NCBI RefSeq assembly: GCF_963921235.1 | Contig: NC_086108.1 | Location: 112,718,001 to 112,782,000, forward strand | Length of the DNA: 64,000 nt | Origin: Mobula hypostoma | Taxonomy: Eukaryota | Direction of reading: 5' to 3' | In this document: positions 26,571 to 38,830 of the stretch, piece by piece | Position numbering within the stretch: position 1 is the first letter of the stretch | Layout: each line of letters opens with the position of its first letter | Translations under genes and position numbers: made by a program | The notes under the pieces: generated by a model | Database searches by the model: none | Told to the model about the DNA's origin: nothing | What the model saw: the letters and a program-made list of their open reading frames with translations, nothing else

Positions 26571-26929
26571 ACCCTTTCACCAAATACCTTCATTTCTGTC
26601 ACCATTCTTCCCAATTCCCCTCACATGACTGTCGGCTGCTGGAATCTTCAGAGCTGAATGTACTTCCTTGCTGACTGCTTATGGACTGTTAGTTCCACTC
26701 CCCTCAGGGAGGGGGCTACATGGCATTCACACTAGGACCACCAGACTCAAAAACAGTTACTTTCCCCAAGCAGTGAGGCTGATCAACACTCCCACCCACA
26801 TGGTTCCATGGCCAACACAACGTTGTGCTGTAGAATTTTATGTTTCTAACCCAGCCCTTCATGCTCCCAGCCACCGCCGGCTCCCGTGGATTCACATGAC
26901 CCTGACTGGGGACTGAGTAGGTGCTAAAC

Positions 26930-27104
26930 TTACTTTATACTTTATACTTCATTGTCGCTAAACAATTGGTACTAGAACATACAATCATCACAGTGATATT
27001 TGATTCTGCGCTTCACACTCCCTAGATTACAAATATTAAGTAATAAAAATAGTTAAAATTAGTAAATATTAAAAATTTAAATTATAAATCATAAATAGAA
27101 AATA
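26930..27104 (-). mobile_element. 3' end of a young Rex1-type family with (AAGTATA)n tail (also ~48620-48990 and ~59180-59392)
   Basis: Three near-identical copies of ...AAACAATTGATACTAGA...GATTCTGCGCTTC... in the window. Confidence 0.75.
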
Positions 27105-27677
27105 GGGCCGGAACCCTTCGTCAGGACTGTAGAGGGAAGGAGCAGAGGCCCTATAAAGAAGGTGGGGGGAGGGTGGGAAGGAGAAGGCTGGTAGGTTCCA
27201 GGTGAAAAACCAGTAAGGGGAAAGATAGAGGGGTAGGGGAGGGGAAGCAGGGAGGTGATAGGCAGGAAAGGTGAAGAAGGAATAGGGGAAAACACAATGG
27301 GTAGTAGAAGGAGGCGGAACCATGAGGGAGGTGGTAGGCAGCTGGGGGAGGGGGCAGAGTGACATAGGAATAGGGGAAGGGAGGGGGAGGGAATTACCAG
27401 AAGTTGGAGAATTCTATGTTCATACCAAGGGGCTGGAGACTACCTAGACAGTATATGAGGTGTTGCTCCTCCAACCTGAGTTTAGCCTCATCATGGCAGT
27501 AGAGGAGGCCATGTATGGACATATCTGAATGGGAGTGGGAAGCAGAGTTGAAGTGGGTGGCTACCGGGAGATCCTGTCTGTTGTGGCGGAGGGAGCGGAG
27601 GTGCTCGATGAAGCGGTCCCCCAATCTGCGTTGGGTTTCACCGATGTAGAGGAGGCCGCACCGGGAGCACCAGATGC
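27105..27677 (-). mobile_element. Penelope-like 3' fragment, cut within its hammerhead motif
   Basis: Encodes CSRCGLLYIGETQRRLGDRF...LGMNIEFSNFW. pLTR matches 13880-14130. Confidence 0.9.
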
Positions 27678-27679
27678 GC

Positions 27680-27975
27680 TGTGAAATCTCCACATAATAT
27701 TTATCTGAGGTATACACCTAAAGGAGAGGAAAGAAAGAACAATTGAAAGTAGAAAACTATGTACAGAGTAGGGAGTGATCTTTTTTTTACAACATATTCA
27801 TTGACTTGTGAGAATAAAATCAGGCCTATGAGGTGTTATGTAGTTAAACCATTTTTCCAGTATGAATAAAACTGTTCCAATTTATGATTAACATATGCTG
27901 TTATCTTCTCTATTTTGTAAATGTCCATTGTAATTTCCATCCATACATTTAAAGTTGGGCTCTCCTGTGATACTG
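27680..27975 (-). mobile_element. L1/Tx1-type LINE ORF2 C-terminus and 3' UTR fragment
   Basis: SPTLNVWMEITMDIYKIEKIT...LEQFYSYW resembles the fish L1 ORF2 end (PTxxxW...EK...F...W). Confidence 0.55.
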
Positions 27976-28699
27976 TTAGTAGTTTCAATTGACTTTTAAT
28001 ACCTCCATTGTGAATGGCAATGATCTTACTGGGGATGAGCAATAAATGCTGACTTAGCTGGCCACACCCACATCCCATAAATGAGTATATTTTAAAAAAT
28101 CTTGCGAGTAAGGAATTCAAACATAATTTACCAAATGGCCAATTCTGCGTAAAAGTAGCAATTTTCTGTCCTGCCTTCGGAACAGTGAGGGTGACAGGGG
28201 CCATTGTGCACTGGTCAGTTTTCACTGCTGCTTCACACGTTTATACGACTGCTCGTTTCGTCTCCCTGTGACCCCATAGGGGTTTCCTCCCACAGTCCGA
28301 AGACATACAGTACTGGCAGGTCACTGTAAATCGTCCCGTGATTAGGCTAAGATTAAATTGGAGGTTAGTGGGTGACACGGCTCGGAAGGCCGTAAATGCT
28401 GTACCTCAATAAATACATACGTTATAATAGTAGCAGGAATGTTATATAAACATGCAGCTCATACTTGATGTCAGGCCCGGCCACTCGGGGGCTTGTGTTC
28501 CTGGTATTTTGCGCCGGATCGTTACTATATGTGCTGTGTGAGAGTATATGTACAGTATTTTGCACCTAGGCCCCAGGGGAACAATGTTTCATTTAGCTGT
28601 AAACATGTGTATGGTTGAATGACAATAAACTTGAACTTGAAACCAGCTTTGCAAACAAATAGAATGGTCTTTGTGGGCCTGGTCACTGAGCATGAGAGT

Positions 28700-29305
28700 T
28701 ATACTCTTACAAGTTATGTTGCAGTGTAAAACTTCGGTTCATCCAGATCTGAAGTATTGTATGCAGTTACGGTTAACCCGTTATAGGAAGGATGTTGAGG
28801 CTTTGGAGAGGGTGCAGAAGAGGTCAACCAGGATGCTGCCTGGATTAGAGGGCATGGGCTTCAATCAGAAGTTGGACAAATCTGGGTTGGTTTCTCCAGA
28901 GACCAGAGGCTGAGGGGAGATCTGAGAGAGGTTTATAAGATTACGAGAAGCACAGAGTTGATGGACAGTGTCCCTTTCCCAGGGTTGAAATGGCTAATAG
29001 CAGAGGACTTAGCTTTAAGATAAGTGGGAGGGAGAGCTTGGTGGAGGTATGAGGGGAAGGTTTTTTGACATAGAGGCTGGTGGGTGTCATAAGTGTATTG
29101 CCCGGGGTGGTGGTAGAGGCAGATATGACAGATAAGTAGATATGATATGCTAGATAGATATGATAGTGGCATATAGAGGCTGTTAGACAGCTACATGAAT
29201 ATAGAGGAATGTGGATCAGATGCAGAGAGAATGGATTGAGCTTAATTGGGCATTGTTTAGCACAGACATATTGGGCTGAAGGGCCTGTTTCTCTGCTGAA
29301 CTGCT
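28700..29305 (+). mobile_element. CR1 3' fragment
   Basis: YRKDVEALERVQKRSTRMLPGLEG. Confidence 0.78.
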
Positions 29306-29329
29306 GTTTGTATCCAGCAGATAATTTCA

Positions 29330-29757
29330 AACCTCCCTCTCTACCTTCCCCTATCACCCTCTCTCACATCCCCTCTCTCACTCTCACTGCCCTCTCTCCC
29401 TCTGCCACTCTCTCTTTCTGTATCTCTCTGTCCCTAACCCTTCTCTCTCTCTCCCGCCCCATCTCCCTCTCCCTCACCCCCTTCCTCTTCCTCTCCCAGC
29501 ATTCTGTCCCCCATTCTCTTCCCCTCTCCCTCTTCCTGCCTCCCCTCACCCCTCCTCTTTCCCTCTCCCCTCTCAACCCCTATCTTCCATCCCACTTTTC
29601 TTCTCTCCTTCTCCCCTTTCTCTTTCCACTCTTCATCTCCAGCTCCCTTTCCCTCTCCTTCCCTTTTCACTTCCCCCACACCCTCTCTTCCTCTCTCCCG
29701 GCTCGCTCTACAGTACGTCAAAAGCTAACTTCCAATATTTCAACATCCCACAGGTTT

Positions 29758-29818
<61 letters not shown>

Positions 29819-29890
29819 ATCTCTCTCTCTCTCTCCCTATCTCTCTCTCTCTCTCCCTCCCGCCCCTCTCTTCCCCCACCCGCCCATCTC
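29330..29890. repeat. Polypyrimidine tract ending in (CT)n microsatellite (~29761-29860)
   Basis: Directly visible C/T-rich run. Confidence 0.9.
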
Positions 29891-31935
29891 TGGAAAATGA
29901 TTCATACTAACACAGTCTCCATTTGCACGTCAGGCAGACCTGTGACAGTGGATAATTAACACAGCAGGCAGAGTACTGCCCTTGCGAAACCTCTCAATTT
30001 CTCCCAGTCAAGTGAAAAGGAACATGGTATCAGGGGAATTCCTAACATCTATAATTCATTTCCTGCTCCAGTCCTGTGTCTTGTGTCTCATATGAGGAGA
30101 AATTTCTTTAGCTGCTGGGGGGTGGAAACAATCTGAGGGATTCGTTGCCACAAAAGGCCATGGAGGCCAAGTCATTAAGTATAGTTGAAGTGAAGGTTGA
30201 TAGGGTCTTGAGTATTCTGGGTGTCAAAGGTTACGGGGAGAAGGCAGGAGACTGGGGTAGGGAGGGATGATACAGATGGGCACCATGGTAACGTAGCAGT
30301 TAGAACAACACCATCACAGCTTGGGGAGTCAGAGTTCAGAGTTCAATTCTGACATCCTTGCTAAGGAGTTCTCCCCATGTGCTCCGGTTTCTGACCACAG
30401 TCCAAAGATGTAAGGGTTAGTAGGTTAATTCCTCATGGTAAATTGTCCTATGATTAGGCTAGGGTTTAATAGCCGGGTTACTGGGAGGCACGGCTCAATG
30501 GGGCCGCAAGGGCCTGTTCTGCGCTGTATCTCAATAAATAAATAAATCAGCCATGATGGAATGGTGGAGCAGACTCAATGGGTGAAACAGGGACACCTCT
30601 TTCTCCCTTATTAGGGAAAGAGAGAGAGAGCCTGTGGTCTGTCGAATTACTGGGTGAACAAGTAGTCTTTGGGGTACTGCAAGTCTGTGTCTTTATTGAT
30701 GCTTTGCTGCACGCTTGAGTGCTCGGTGGGGGGTGCCAATGTTTTTTGCTGGTTGGGGAGGGGGTGTCATTACTTTGCTGATACTTATATGTGGGAGGGG
30801 GAAGTTAGGGGGGCTTTGGGGGTTCTAATACTTACCTGTCATTCATTCTTCTTTCGTGGAGGGTTGCGAAGAAAAGGAATTTCAGGATGTATATTATATA
30901 CATTTTTCGAATATTAAATGCACCCCTGTAACTTTGAATAGCCTGATTCTGCTCTTCTGTCTTATGGTCTTTCTAGCAAATGCAAGGACAGGCAGAAGCC
31001 ACTTGCATACCTATGCGCTGGCACTTAGAATTCATCGTATTCCCTTGCTCGATCTCCACGATCCAACACCCACACCTCCCAGGGGTTTGAGAACCAAAAG
31101 AAAAGAAAGAAAGGGTGGAAATTTGAACTGCAAAGAGCAATCAGTTAATGTTCAGGGTTGGCTCCCCCTACCACAGCCTCAACTCATTCCAGTTCCAAGG
31201 AAAGGTCTCTGATCGCATTGAAACCTATTAATTATTGAAAGACCCAGATAGAGTGGAGAGGATTTTTCCTATAGTGGGGGAGTCTAGAACCAGAGGGTAC
31301 AGTCTCTGCATAGAGGGGGCGATCATTTAGAACAGAGATGAGGGGAAATTTCTTTAGCCAGAGGTTGACGAACCTGTTGAATTCATTGCCGCAGATGGCT
31401 GTGGAGGCCAAGTCACTGGGTATAGCAGTTGATAGGTTCGTCAGTCAGGGTGTCAAAGGTTACGGGAGAAGGCAAGAGACTGGGATTGAGAGGGATCATA
31501 AATCAGCCCGATGGAATAGCAGAGCAGATTCGATGGGCCAAATGGCCAAATTCTGCTCCTGTATATGATGGTCTGCTTTCTCACAGATGCTGCCTGACTT
31601 GTCAGGTTCTTCCATCACCATTTATGTCACAGAAATGTATTTATTTTATTTTATTTTGAGATACAGCATGTGTCTTCAGGCTCCTGTCCCACCACCTTGG
31701 TGGTAACAATGAGGAGAGGACGCATCCTGGGTGAGGGGGGTCCTCAATGATGGACATTGCCTTTTCGAGGCATCACCAATTGAAGATGTCCTCGATGCTG
31801 GGGAGGCTGGTGCCTGTGGTGGAACTGACTGAGTTTGCAACTTTCTGCAGCTTTTTCTGATCCTCTGCAGTGGCCCCTCTGTACCAGATGGTGATGCAGC
31901 CAGTTAGAATGCTCTCCACATAACATCTGTAGAAA

Positions 31936-32612
31936 TTAGATTAGATTAGATTATGAGGACACGTAGTCCTCTTTTATTGTCATTTAGTAATGCATGCATT
32001 AAGAAATGATACAATGTTCCTCCAGTGTGATATCACAGAAACACAAGACAAACAAGACTGAAAAACTGACAAAGACCACATAATTATAACATATAGTTAC
32101 AACAGTGCAAAGCAATACTGTAATTTGATAAAGAATAGACCATGGGCATGGCAAAAAAAAGTCTCAAAGTCTCTCGAAAGTCCCATCATCTCACGCAGAC
32201 GGAGAAGGAAGAAAAACTCTCCCTGCCATGAGCTTCCAGCGCCACAAACTTGCTGATGCAGCACCCTGGAAGCATCCGACCACAGCCGACTCTTGAGTCC
32301 GTCCGAAAACTTTGAGCCTCCGACCAGCCCTCCGACACCGAGCACCATCTCCGAGCGCTTCGACCCCGGCCCCAGCAACAGGCAATAGGCAAAGCCGAGG
32401 ATTTGGGGCCTTCATCTCCGGAGGTTCTCGATTGCGCAGTAGCAGCGGCAGTGAAGCGGGCATTTCAGAAGTTTCTCCAGGTGTTCCTCTGTACTTCTGA
32501 CGTCTGTCTCCATCAAATCAGGAATGTGCACGGCATCCTTCTTACAAATACGATATCATTTCGGAGCGGCCACGCGCACTGCATCGCGCTGCCATCTTCC
32601 CCTCCCCTCCTT
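31936..32612 (-). mobile_element. Non-autonomous retroposon with CpG-rich 5' end and (TCTAA)n tail, inserted in a Rex1-type fragment
   Basis: TTAGATTAGATTAGA tail at 31936. Minus-strand start GGGAAGATGGCAGCG. Host sequence resumes AAATTTGTGAGAGTCTTTGGTG. Confidence 0.6.
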
Positions 32613-33054
32613 TTGTGAGAGTCCCCTAAATTTGTGAGAGTCTTTGGTGATATATCGAGATAAATGGATAGGAAAGCTTTAGAGCAGACAGAGGTTCCCA
32701 GCCCGGGGTACATGGACCCCTCGGTTAATGGCAGGAGTCCATGGCATAAAAAGGCCAGAGGGATACAGGTTTAGAGGCATATGCTTCATTCACAGATCAG
32801 CAGGGAGAGTCGGGCCGAAGGGTCTGTTTCTGATCAATAATCATCCCGTGATTCTGCAAATTGGAAGGAAATTGTAACACTGGAAAATGGAACTAGACCA
32901 ATGTCATGGAAACCCCAGAGAGTAGCAAAGTACAGAAGCATTTGCCAATCAAAAGGCAACCACAATGAAACACTCAATAGCTTAAGCAAGTAGTGGAGAG
33001 AGAAGATAAAAGAAATGTTTCCTATTTCTTTAGAGGATTCAAATACTCAGAAAG

Positions 33055-33390
33055 CCCACCCCCAAAACACTCAGGACACCCCAACCCAAAACACTCAGGA
33101 CACCCCACCCCCAAAACACTCAGGACACCCCAACCCCAAAACACTCACGACATCCCACCCCCAAAACATTCAGGACACCCCAACCCCAAAACACTCAGGA
33201 CATCTCACCCCCAAAACACTCAGGACACCCCATCCCCAAAACACTCAGGACAGCCCAAACCCAAAACATTCAGGACACCCCAACCCCAAAACACTCAGGA
33301 CATCTCACCCCCAAAACACTCAGGACACCCCATCCCCAAAACACTCAGGACAGCCCAAACCCAAAACACTCAGGGCACCCCAACCCCAAA
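33055..33390. repeat. 25-bp minisatellite (CCAAAACACTCAGGACACCCCAACC), ~13 units, with a 100-bp higher-order repeat
   Basis: 33161-33260 is repeated exactly at 33261-33360. Confidence 0.95.
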
Positions 33391-34805
33391 AGGTTTCACA
33401 GTCAATGTAATAACATTTTTGAACTCCTCCAAGCCCGAATGTGAAAGGATGTGGGTAGGGCAAGGGGCTAGCAACACCTTCCTGTAAAAATCCAGCAATA
33501 CACAAACACCAACCGATGGTCTAGCGACCTCATCCGTGGGAGAGGAGAGATTTCCCCCAGAGGACTGGCCCACCTCAGAGATTCTAGTCAGCTGCTGTCA
33601 GCGGCCTACACCCCAGCAGAGATAATGGGCTTAAGAAACATTTCTGAATGGTCGCCCCAACTGGAAAATAGAAAATGGCGGCAAATAGGCAGATAGCAAG
33701 TTCCCAAGGAATGGAATTTAGTTGTGGGTTCAAGGCTTATAAAGGGCATCAAAGGTTACGGGGAGAAGGCAAGAGAATAAGGTTGAGAGGGATAACAAAT
33801 CAGCCATGATGGAATAATAGAGCAGACAATGGGCTGAATGGCCTAATTCTGCTCCTATGATTTATGGTTTAAGCCCCAGATTAGCACCAATAAGCTTTAT
33901 TTATTACCTGTACATCAAAACATACAGTGAAATGTGTTATTTGTGTCAATAACCAGCACAGTCCAAGGATGTACTGGGGGCAGCCCACAAGTGTCACCAT
34001 GTTTCTGGTGCCAACACAGCATGCTCACAACTCACTAACCCTGATCTAAATGTCTTTGCAATGTGAGAGGAAACCAGAGAACCCGCAGATAACACACACA
34101 CACAGCCATGAGGAGATCGTAAAAACTCCCTGCAAGTTCAAAGTCCAAAGTAAATTATTATCGAAGCGTATATGTCACGGTATGCAACACTGAGCTTCAT
34201 TTTCTTGTGGGCATTCACAGTAAATACAAGAAACACAATAGAATCAGTGAAAGACAGGACACCTAACAGGAAAGGCAACAACCAATGTGCAAAAAACAAC
34301 GAACTGTGCAAATACACAAGAGAAAAGAAATAACATAAACAGGTAAATAAATAAATAAGCAATAAATATCGATAATGTGAGGTGAAGAACACCTGTCCAT
34401 AGGTTGTGGACAAAGGAGGACGAGAACTTTCTTGATAAAGATGTACAAGATGATAAGAGGCATTGATAGAGGGGACTTTTTCCCAGCGTGGAAAAACTTA
34501 AAAGAGGAGGCATAATTTTAAGTTGGCTGAAGGATAGTAATGGGGGATGTCAGAGGTAACATTTTTTAAATGGGGAGTGGTCTTTCTCCCTGCCTGGGCT
34601 GGTGGTAGAGACAGATACATTAGGGACATTTAAGAGACTCTTGGATAGGCACGTCGATGATAGAAAAATGGAGGGCTATGTAGGAGGGAGGGGTTAGACT
34701 GATCTTAGGTTACATTCTGTGGCCTCTTTATCAGGTATACCTGTACACCTGCTTGTTAATGCAAACATATAATCAGCCAAACACTTGGCAGCAACTCAAA
34801 ACATA

Positions 34806-35522
34806 TGTAGCCCCCCCCCCCCCAGCAAGCCTCAGGGTCGCTCGGCTCGCTGTCGTGTAGGGAAACAGCCCTCGGCCCCGCCAAACTGGGTAATTAGTTT
34901 GTGTGGATGCTGTGTGATGTACCCCACCCCACCCAAATAACAGACAATACACCAGATACAATTAAATGACTTACAGTTTATAGATATTACTGGAACTATA
35001 TAATTAATAGAGATAAAATATAAAAGGAAAATAAAAGACGCTACACTTATGAAAGTTCAATCTCTTCGTGCACAAACAGTTGGAGCTCAGGACCCTCCTT
35101 CTTCACTCTGTGATCCCCTCGGACCACCTCGACCTGCTGCCTGGGACCAACAATGGTGGTCGACCAGACGCTCCACACGAGTCTGTCTCCATCTCCTCTA
35201 CTCGCCGAACACCCTGGACCTCGGACTCCTGCTCGGGGTCCGACCCCATTAGCGGACGGACAGCACCTTGTCCATCCTCTGTCTCTCTCGCGCCTTCTCC
35301 CCCAAAACCTGCGCATCATGATAACTTACAGTCACACAGAAAGAATAACATCTATCCCAATTGGTTCGTTCATCCTCTTATCAGTAACATCATCCAAACA
35401 AACTGCTAGCGGGAGGATTTTCTCAGCAGTTAACATAACAAAGAAGACATTACAATTATAACATAACAAAGAAGTCATTTTAATTAGCCTACGCAGTAAC
35501 ATAAAAGAAGAAACCCCTTACA
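34806..35522. mobile_element. Solo LTR, family A copy 1
   Basis: Termini TGTAG...CCTTACA with 4-bp TSD CATA. Homologous to 51770-52479. Confidence 0.88.
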
Positions 35523-35744
35523 CATAAAAGCATGCAGACATGGTCAAGAGGTTCAGTTGTTGTTGAGACCAAACAACAGAATGGAAATCGAAGTAACTTT
35601 AACCGTGGAATGATTGTGGTACCTGACAGGGTGGTTTGGGTTTTCCAGCTCATTCCAACAGCCCAACTAGTGGCAGGAGCAGGCCACAGCAACGAGGTTT
35701 CTCTCAAGTTCAAGACACCTGTCTGAAAGTACAAAAGGGACAGG

Positions 35745-38700
35745 CGGGTTGGCCATTGTTGGGAGTAGGCCTGTGGTGAGAGTAGGAGTGTCAGGCTTTG
35801 GGTCAAAGGAGGCTTCAGCTCGAAAAAGGCGTTGGCTCTGAGTAAGCTTCTGTTAAGGTTCCTTTTTCTCTCTCTTGCTGTACTGAGTGTAGTAAATGGT
35901 CGTTGTGTGTTCTTCATGCTGGATGTTGGAGTCCTGGGAGACCCAGGGTCTCCCAAGGAACAACATCTGTGTGAGGTGCATCCGGCAGCAGCTCCTTGAA
36001 GACTGTTAAGGATCTGGAGGAGCAGCTGGATGACCTTCGGCTTGTACGGGAGAGTGAGGAGATAATCGATCAGAGTTACGGGGAAGTAGTCACCCCTAAG
36101 TTGCAGTAGGCGGGTAGCTGGGTGACTGTCAGGAGAAGTAGAACATTAATAGACAGTTAGCACAGAGCACCCCTGTGGCCATTCCCCTCAATAATAAGTA
36201 TACCACTTTGGATGCTGTTGTAGGGGTGACTTCCCAGGGGAATGCCATGGAGACCTGGTTACTGGCATTGAGCATGGGTCTCTAATGCAGAAGGTAAGGA
36301 AGGAGAAGAGGGGAGTGATGGTGATACAGGAACAGACAGGAGATTCTGTGGAGGTGAACCGGACACCCAAATGGTATGTTGCCTCCCAAGTGCCAGCGTC
36401 AGGGACATCTTCGGATCACGTCCACAATGTTTTGGAGAGGGAGGGAGAGCAGCTAGATGTCTTGGTACAAATTGGTACCAATGACATAGGCAGGAAAAGC
36501 AAAGAGGTTCTGAGAAGAGAATTTAAAGAGCTACTTTGAAAGCTGAGAAGGAGGACCACCAGGGAAGTAATTTCTGGATTGCTGACTGTGCCACATGCCT
36601 GTGAGGGTAGAAGCAGGATGAATTGGCAGATTAATGCATGTCTAAGAAGCTGGTGCAGGGGGCAGGGCTTCAGGTTCTTGGATCACTGGGATCTCTTCTG
36701 GGGGAGGTATGACCTGTTCAAAAGTGACAGGTTGCACCTGAACCCGAGGGGGACCAATATTCTCACGGGCAGCTTTGTTAGAGCTGTTGGGGAGGGTTTA
36801 AACTCATTTGGCAGGGGGGTGGTAACAAAAGTGACGGGACTCAGGAAAGGAAAGATGGTAAAGAAGTAATGATAGCGTGTAGTCAGACTGTCAGGAAGGG
36901 CAGGCAGGTGATGGGACAAAATTGCAGCCAGCAGGGTGAGTATCAGTACATTAGGGATGCAGAATCAAAAAGGGTAGCAAATAGAGTATTCAAAGCATTA
37001 TATCTCGATGTACAGAGTATAAGAAATAAAGTGGATGATCTTGTTGCACTATTACAGATGGTCAGGTATGATGTTGTGGCCATCACTGAATCGTGGCTGA
37101 AGGATGGTTGTAGTTGGGAGCTGGATGTCCAAGGTTACATGTTGTTTCGGAGGGATAAGAAGGTAGGCAGAAGGGTTGCTATGGCTTTGTTGATAAAAAA
37201 ATGACATCAAATCAGTAGAGGGAGGGGAACGTCAATTCAGACCATGAGAGGCCTGCGTCAGGTATTTTCATGCCTTACAAGGCGCAGATTGGAAGTCTGT
37301 GTGGGGCACCACTCCTCGCACAGACCAGAGCAATGTGTGATTAAGTGCCTTGCTCAAGGACACAAACACGCTGCCACAGCTGAAATCAGTAGAAAGATGT
37401 GACATAGGATTGGAAGATGTTGAATCCTTGTGGGTTGAGTTAAGAAACTGCAAGGGTAAAAAGACCCTGATGGCAGTTATATACAGGTCTCCCAACAGTA
37501 GCCAGGATGTGGACCACAGCTTACTATGGGAAATAGAAAAGGCCTGTTAAAAGGGCAATGTTATGATAGTAATGGGAGATTTCAACATGCAGGTCAAATG
37601 GGAAAATCAGGTTGGTAATAGATCTCAAGAAAGTGAGTTTATTGAATGCCTATGAGATGGCTTTTTAGAGCAGTTTGTCGTTGAACCTACTAGGAGATCA
37701 GTTATTCTGGATTGGGTGTTGCATAATGAACTGGAGGTGATTAGGGAGCTTAAGGTGAAAGAACCCTTAGGAGGCAGTGAATACAAAATGATTGAGTTCA
37801 ACTTGAAATTTGATAGGGAGAAAGTAAAGTCTGACGTAAAGTGTTTCAATGGAGTAAAGGAAATTACAGTGGTATCAGAGAGGAGTTGGCCAAAGTAAAT
37901 TGGAAGGAGCTGCTGGCAGGTTTGACTGCAGAGGAGCAATGGTGTGTGTTTCTGGGGAAAATGATGAAGGTGGATGATAGAAATATTCCAAAAACAAAGA
38001 AATATTCAATGGAAAATAGTACAACTATGGCTGACAAGGGAAGTCAAAGCTAATGTAAAAGCAAAAGAGAAGGCATACAACAATGCAAAAATTAGTGGTA
38101 AAACAAAGGATTGGGAAGCTTTTAAAAACCTGCAGAGAACAACTAAAAGAATCATTAGGAAGGAAAGGACTAAATATGAAATCAAGCTAGCAAACAATAT
38201 CAAAGTGGATAGTAGAAGTTTTTTCAAGTATGTTAAAAATAAAAGAGAGATGAGAGTGGATATAGGACCACGAGAAAGTGAGGCGGGAGAAACAATAATG
38301 GGGGACAAGGAGATGGCAGATGAACTAAATCAGTATTTTGAATCAGTCTTCACCGTGGAAGACACTAACAGTGTGCCAGATGTTGAAGGTTGTGAGGGAA
38401 GACAAGTGAGTTTAGTTACTATTACAGAGAGAAAGTGCTCAAAAAGCTGAAAGACCTAAGGGTACGCAAGACACCTGGACCAGATGAATTACACCCTAGG
38501 GTTCTGAAAGGGGTAGTGTTAGAGATTGGGGCAGCATTAGAAATAATCTTTCAAAAATTATTGGACTCTGACTTGGTGCCAGAGGACTGGAAAATTGCAA
38601 ATGTTACTCCACTCTTTAAGAAAGGAGAAAGGCAGCAGAAAGGAAATTATAGACCAGTTAGCCCGACCTCAGTGGTTGGGAAGATGCTGGAGTCAATTGT

Positions 38701-38830
38701 TAAGGATGAGGTTATGGAGTACTTGGTGACACAGGACAAGATAGGACAAAGTCAGCTTGGTTTCCTTAAGGGAAAATCCTGCCTGACAAACCTGTTGGAA
38801 TTCTTTGAGGAAATTACATGTAGGATAGAT
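35745..38830 (+). mobile_element. CR1 LINE, 5' part (ORF1 SGNH esterase, ORF2 APE and start of RT), degenerate and truncated by the right arm
   Basis: LDVLVQIGTNDIG and DRLHLN (SGNH blocks), YDVVAITESWL (APE), PGPDELHPRVLK, VPEDWKIANVTPLFKKG, GKSCLTNLLEFFEEIT. Frameshifts and stops throughout. Confidence 0.93.
37220..37382 (-). mobile_element. 5'-truncated CORE-type SINE inserted in CR1
   Basis: Minus strand reads GTGTCCTTGAGCAAGGCACTTAATCACACATTGCTCTG. 11-bp TSD AAATCAGTAGA (37209-37219, 37383-37393). Confidence 0.85.

Noticed and set aside
29209..29910. 233-aa Leu/Ser/Pro-rich ORF
   Set aside because: Product of a polypyrimidine tract and (CT)n microsatellite.
33055..33390. CRISPR-like repeat/spacer array
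   Set aside because: Units are contiguous 25-mers with only a few variable bases and no unique spacers. No cas genes, and the context is eukaryotic.
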